Shown here: piece after piece, positions 60,740 to 64,000 of the stretch
Numbering within the stretch: the stretch's first letter is position 1
How the letters are laid out: each line of letters opens with the position of its first letter
Assembly (NCBI GenBank): GCA_002269645.1
Contig: NIVC01001552.1
Coordinates: 186,001 to 250,000 of the forward strand
DNA from: Macrostomum lignano
Taxonomy: Eukaryota
DNA: 64,000 nucleotides
Reading direction: 5' to 3'
Notes under the pieces: generated by a model
The model's input: the letters and a program-made list of their open reading frames with translations, nothing else
Databases searched by the model: none
Told to the model about the DNA's origin: nothing
Position numbers and translations under genes: made by a program

Positions 60740-63700
60740 AGTCCTGGGCTGCATCTGAGATTGAACTGGACTTTTATCTGGATATATTATGCATATGCAC
60801 TATATTTATCCTTATAATTCGTTGTCATTAAAATCATAAATCAATTGGCATGATTGACTTATCTTGTTGTGCTTTACTTATTGATCTTGTTGATTCTCTG
60901 ATCGCAATTCACTATTTTCCCTTAAAAATCGGCACTATTAAATTTGTTAAAACTCAGCTTTTGTTAAAATTTAAATTTAATTTGAATATTTACTTCCCGG
61001 TTTTAGTGAGCTAAAAACAGAATTCATTTTCTAATCGATTTGTAAACTGACTACTTCATTATACCATTTGATTAAATTATTTTGTTTTTTTATTTTGATC
61101 CCTAATAAAAATGAACGTTTCACCTTGCAAATGATTTGAAATCTAAAATCAAACTCGATTATCGTCATTATTTTCAATAAAAGCTTTCAGAATTATTGTT
61201 TTGTTTGCCAATTGATAGTAATCATTTTGCTTAGCAGTTTTTAAATTTTGACTTTTTAACTTAACATTGGGTTTCAATAGTAACTTGGTACAGATTTTTT
61301 GAAATAATTTTGTAAGTCTTTTTGCAACCAACAATGACGATTTAAGTCGTCATAAGTTCCTATATAAGCAAATGGAATCATATGCAGATGGTGTCAAGAC
61401 AGGATTAAGATGAAATACAGACTAATCTATACGACGAAATACATCGTTGTATCTACCGAGGAAATCAACAGTTCCGATCATTGAACACTTTATCCATCGA
61501 CGCAAACAACAGATCCTACTAAGATCCTTCTAAGAATCTTTACTTAAAGTGTACATACAGCTGTAGATCACAATATTGGAATAGAAATTTCCACCAAATA
61601 TGTACCTTTATAGCTACAGAATATGCTGTGTGTCCTTGTGTTATGTACTGTCACATAACGATCGGACAGACGATTTTTATATTTTATGATCTCTATTTCA
61701 GGTGAACCAATTAATTCAGCGAAATAAAAATGAGCACAAAAACTAGAGAATAAAATTATTTCTTTAACGAAATTAGAGTTAGTATAATATCTCTTACTAT
61801 AATGCCGTTGTAAAAAATAACAAAATAGCTAGGCTACCGATTATCTAAGCTAAAATGAATTCTTTGGGCAGCAAAAGCTAAAAATATGCATTAGTTTTTA
61901 AAATTAAGATGCCTAAAGCAGTCAGGTAAATCAATAGTCAAATCGCAGAAAACATTTGTGTTTGGCACCGTTTGCCAAAACATTTCTTGGAAACACCTGA
62001 CAACTTAGAAAAATGGACTGATTTAGGAATTTTAGGACAGCGTCCAGCGATATTATAGATCCGCTGTTTTTGGTTATCTGAGTCTATGTCTGTCCTGGCT
62101 AGGCGACCTAGGTTTACACTATAGTACATGTATGCTCATTCAATTTAACACACAAATCGATTCAATTTAAACTAGGCCTACTGTCTACAGATAACAGACA
62201 GTTATGAGTTACAACACTTATTTTTTATTATTTTTCGTTTTTGTACCCTTCTTTCTTAACTATTTTCTATTTTACCTAGTCCTAAAACTACTGCTTAGGT
62301 GTTTATCTAGGTTAGGCTTAGCATTTGTTATCAAATATAAAATCCTATGCCAAATCATATAGCTAGGCCTAGGCTATGGGTTGGCTATGCCTAGGCTATG
62401 CTAGGCCTAAGCAGTTTTAAAACTTTTGTGTTACATTATAAGTGTTACATTTTAATTGTAGGCAGATCGTATGGTTGGAGTGTGCCATCAATATTCAATA
62501 TTAATCATACTCAGGATCATATCATTTGTTGGATTTGTGCTAGTGTATATGGAAATGGATCATGTATGTGTTGTGTACACCAGACCAAATTTGGACGTCA
62601 AGAACTTTGTATACCAATGTACGCCAAAAACAAAATGTTGTGCTAAAATGTACACCAAAAACTCCTAAAAAAGGTAATAAAATTTTCATAAGTTTTCTAA
62701 GAAAGGCTTTTGTATGAAAAGTGTTTTTAAAATATTATGAATATTTTAAATTTAAACAAACTTAAATTTATACCTACAAAAATATGATGCAAAATGATAC
62801 TCTTAGCAAAAATTTACACTAATTTTATTCATTGTTAATTTCAAAAGAAGCAAAAATTTTATCACTGACAATACAAATTTTCTGTTATTTTATATAAAAA
62901 TGTTAATTTAGATTACAATTTTCAAGCATGGCATGAATTTATTCACCAAAATTTGTATGCCAAAAAAGTATGCGTGGCTGTGTTACTTGTGTATGCCAAT
63001 GGTGAATCCAACAAAGTTTTCCAGGGGTTGTGTAGGCTATGCCGAATGTGTATACCAAAGACTTAGGGTGGACGTTTTATATGCCGGAACTTTCTGGTGT
63101 ACATGCATATTATCCGCAACCTCGGATTTGTGCCAGAAATTTCTAGCATACATTTATGATAGCTAGGGCTAGTGTATAAGGCCTAGATAGGCCTACTTGG
63201 TGCCCCAATGGCAGTGCATAGGCATCTAGCGTGGATTAGCCTTGCACAGTGTGGTGAAGTAGCAGGAGGCAACAGGACTACAGCTAAAAAGTGTAAAGTG
63301 CTCCCCTGTCTATTGGGGATATAGTTATTTCATCTGTTGTCAATTTGTCTACTGGCAAAAAATGACTAGGTAGGAGTGTTGATTGTTTGTTTTAGCAATA
63401 AGGTGCATATTTTGTAGTTGAAAACATTATTAGATAATTAATTCATGCATAATTTAGTCACTAATATTTAAAGCAAAGTGAAGCAATTTGTTATAGTTTG
63501 TTTATATGTTATATAGTTTAATTTAAAATAGGGCCTACATTTCTTACTATGATTTCCTAAATGTTTTAACTGTGATTTCTAAACATTTTAACTGTGATTT
63601 ATTTCTAAATGTTTCAACTGTAGTCTCAGTCTATAACTTTTAACTTTAACATTTTAAATTTTTACATATTAAATTTTTATATTTTATGTCTACTTTTTCT

Positions 63701-64000
63701 TTTCAATTATGGAAAGTTAGCAAATTTTGATTTCAATAGAAAATGCTCTTTTAAAATATCTCAAATAATCCTAAAGCGTGGTAAAATAGTTTGACTCTTT
63801 TCTAAAGTGCATGTCTGCAGGTTTTTAATATTTATTCTAATAGGGCTTTTATTGGACAAAACAGCAGACAAACCGTCCACCCTAGCATAGACCTCCAGCT
63901 AACAAATTGACAGTAGACAAAATTACTTGCAACTAATTCTATTGTGCCACTGTGACACAGTTAGTCTATTATAGTAGATTACATATTGAAGTATTCATAA

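Overview
Repeat-rich animal genomic DNA, not prokaryotic: genes are split by GT-AG introns. An NPF-type neuropeptide and GC-rich exons separated by minisatellite-filled introns suggest a spiralian invertebrate, possibly a free-living flatworm (inference only). Spliced genes reconstructed by hand: an NPY/NPF precursor whose peptide ends GRQRF-amide (-), two small orphan membrane proteins (+), a 6-exon lachesin/IgLON-like 3-Ig GPI protein (-), an F-box/LRR protein (+), a Gab/DOS-like PH adaptor (-), prolidase PEPD (+), and an intronless PAN/apple + C-type lectin gene nested on the same strand inside a PEPD intron. Mobile DNA: a dead EN-RT-RNaseH LINE with a second LINE 3' end inserted in it (13-bp TSD), a 937-bp solo LTR with clustered AP-1 sites, a mariner relic, a 300-bp MITE family with one intact, one CpG-decayed and one foldback member, two inverted tRNA-derived SINEs, and an apparently intact intron-containing Crypton-type tyrosine recombinase next to a perfect 36-bp inverted repeat. 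Most long introns carry their own minisatellite, and several units are built from splice-site-like motifs. Large CpG-poor AT-rich domains hold a decayed J-domain relic. No CRISPR, rRNA or canonical tRNA was found. All coordinates were read by eye, so repeat boundaries are approximate.
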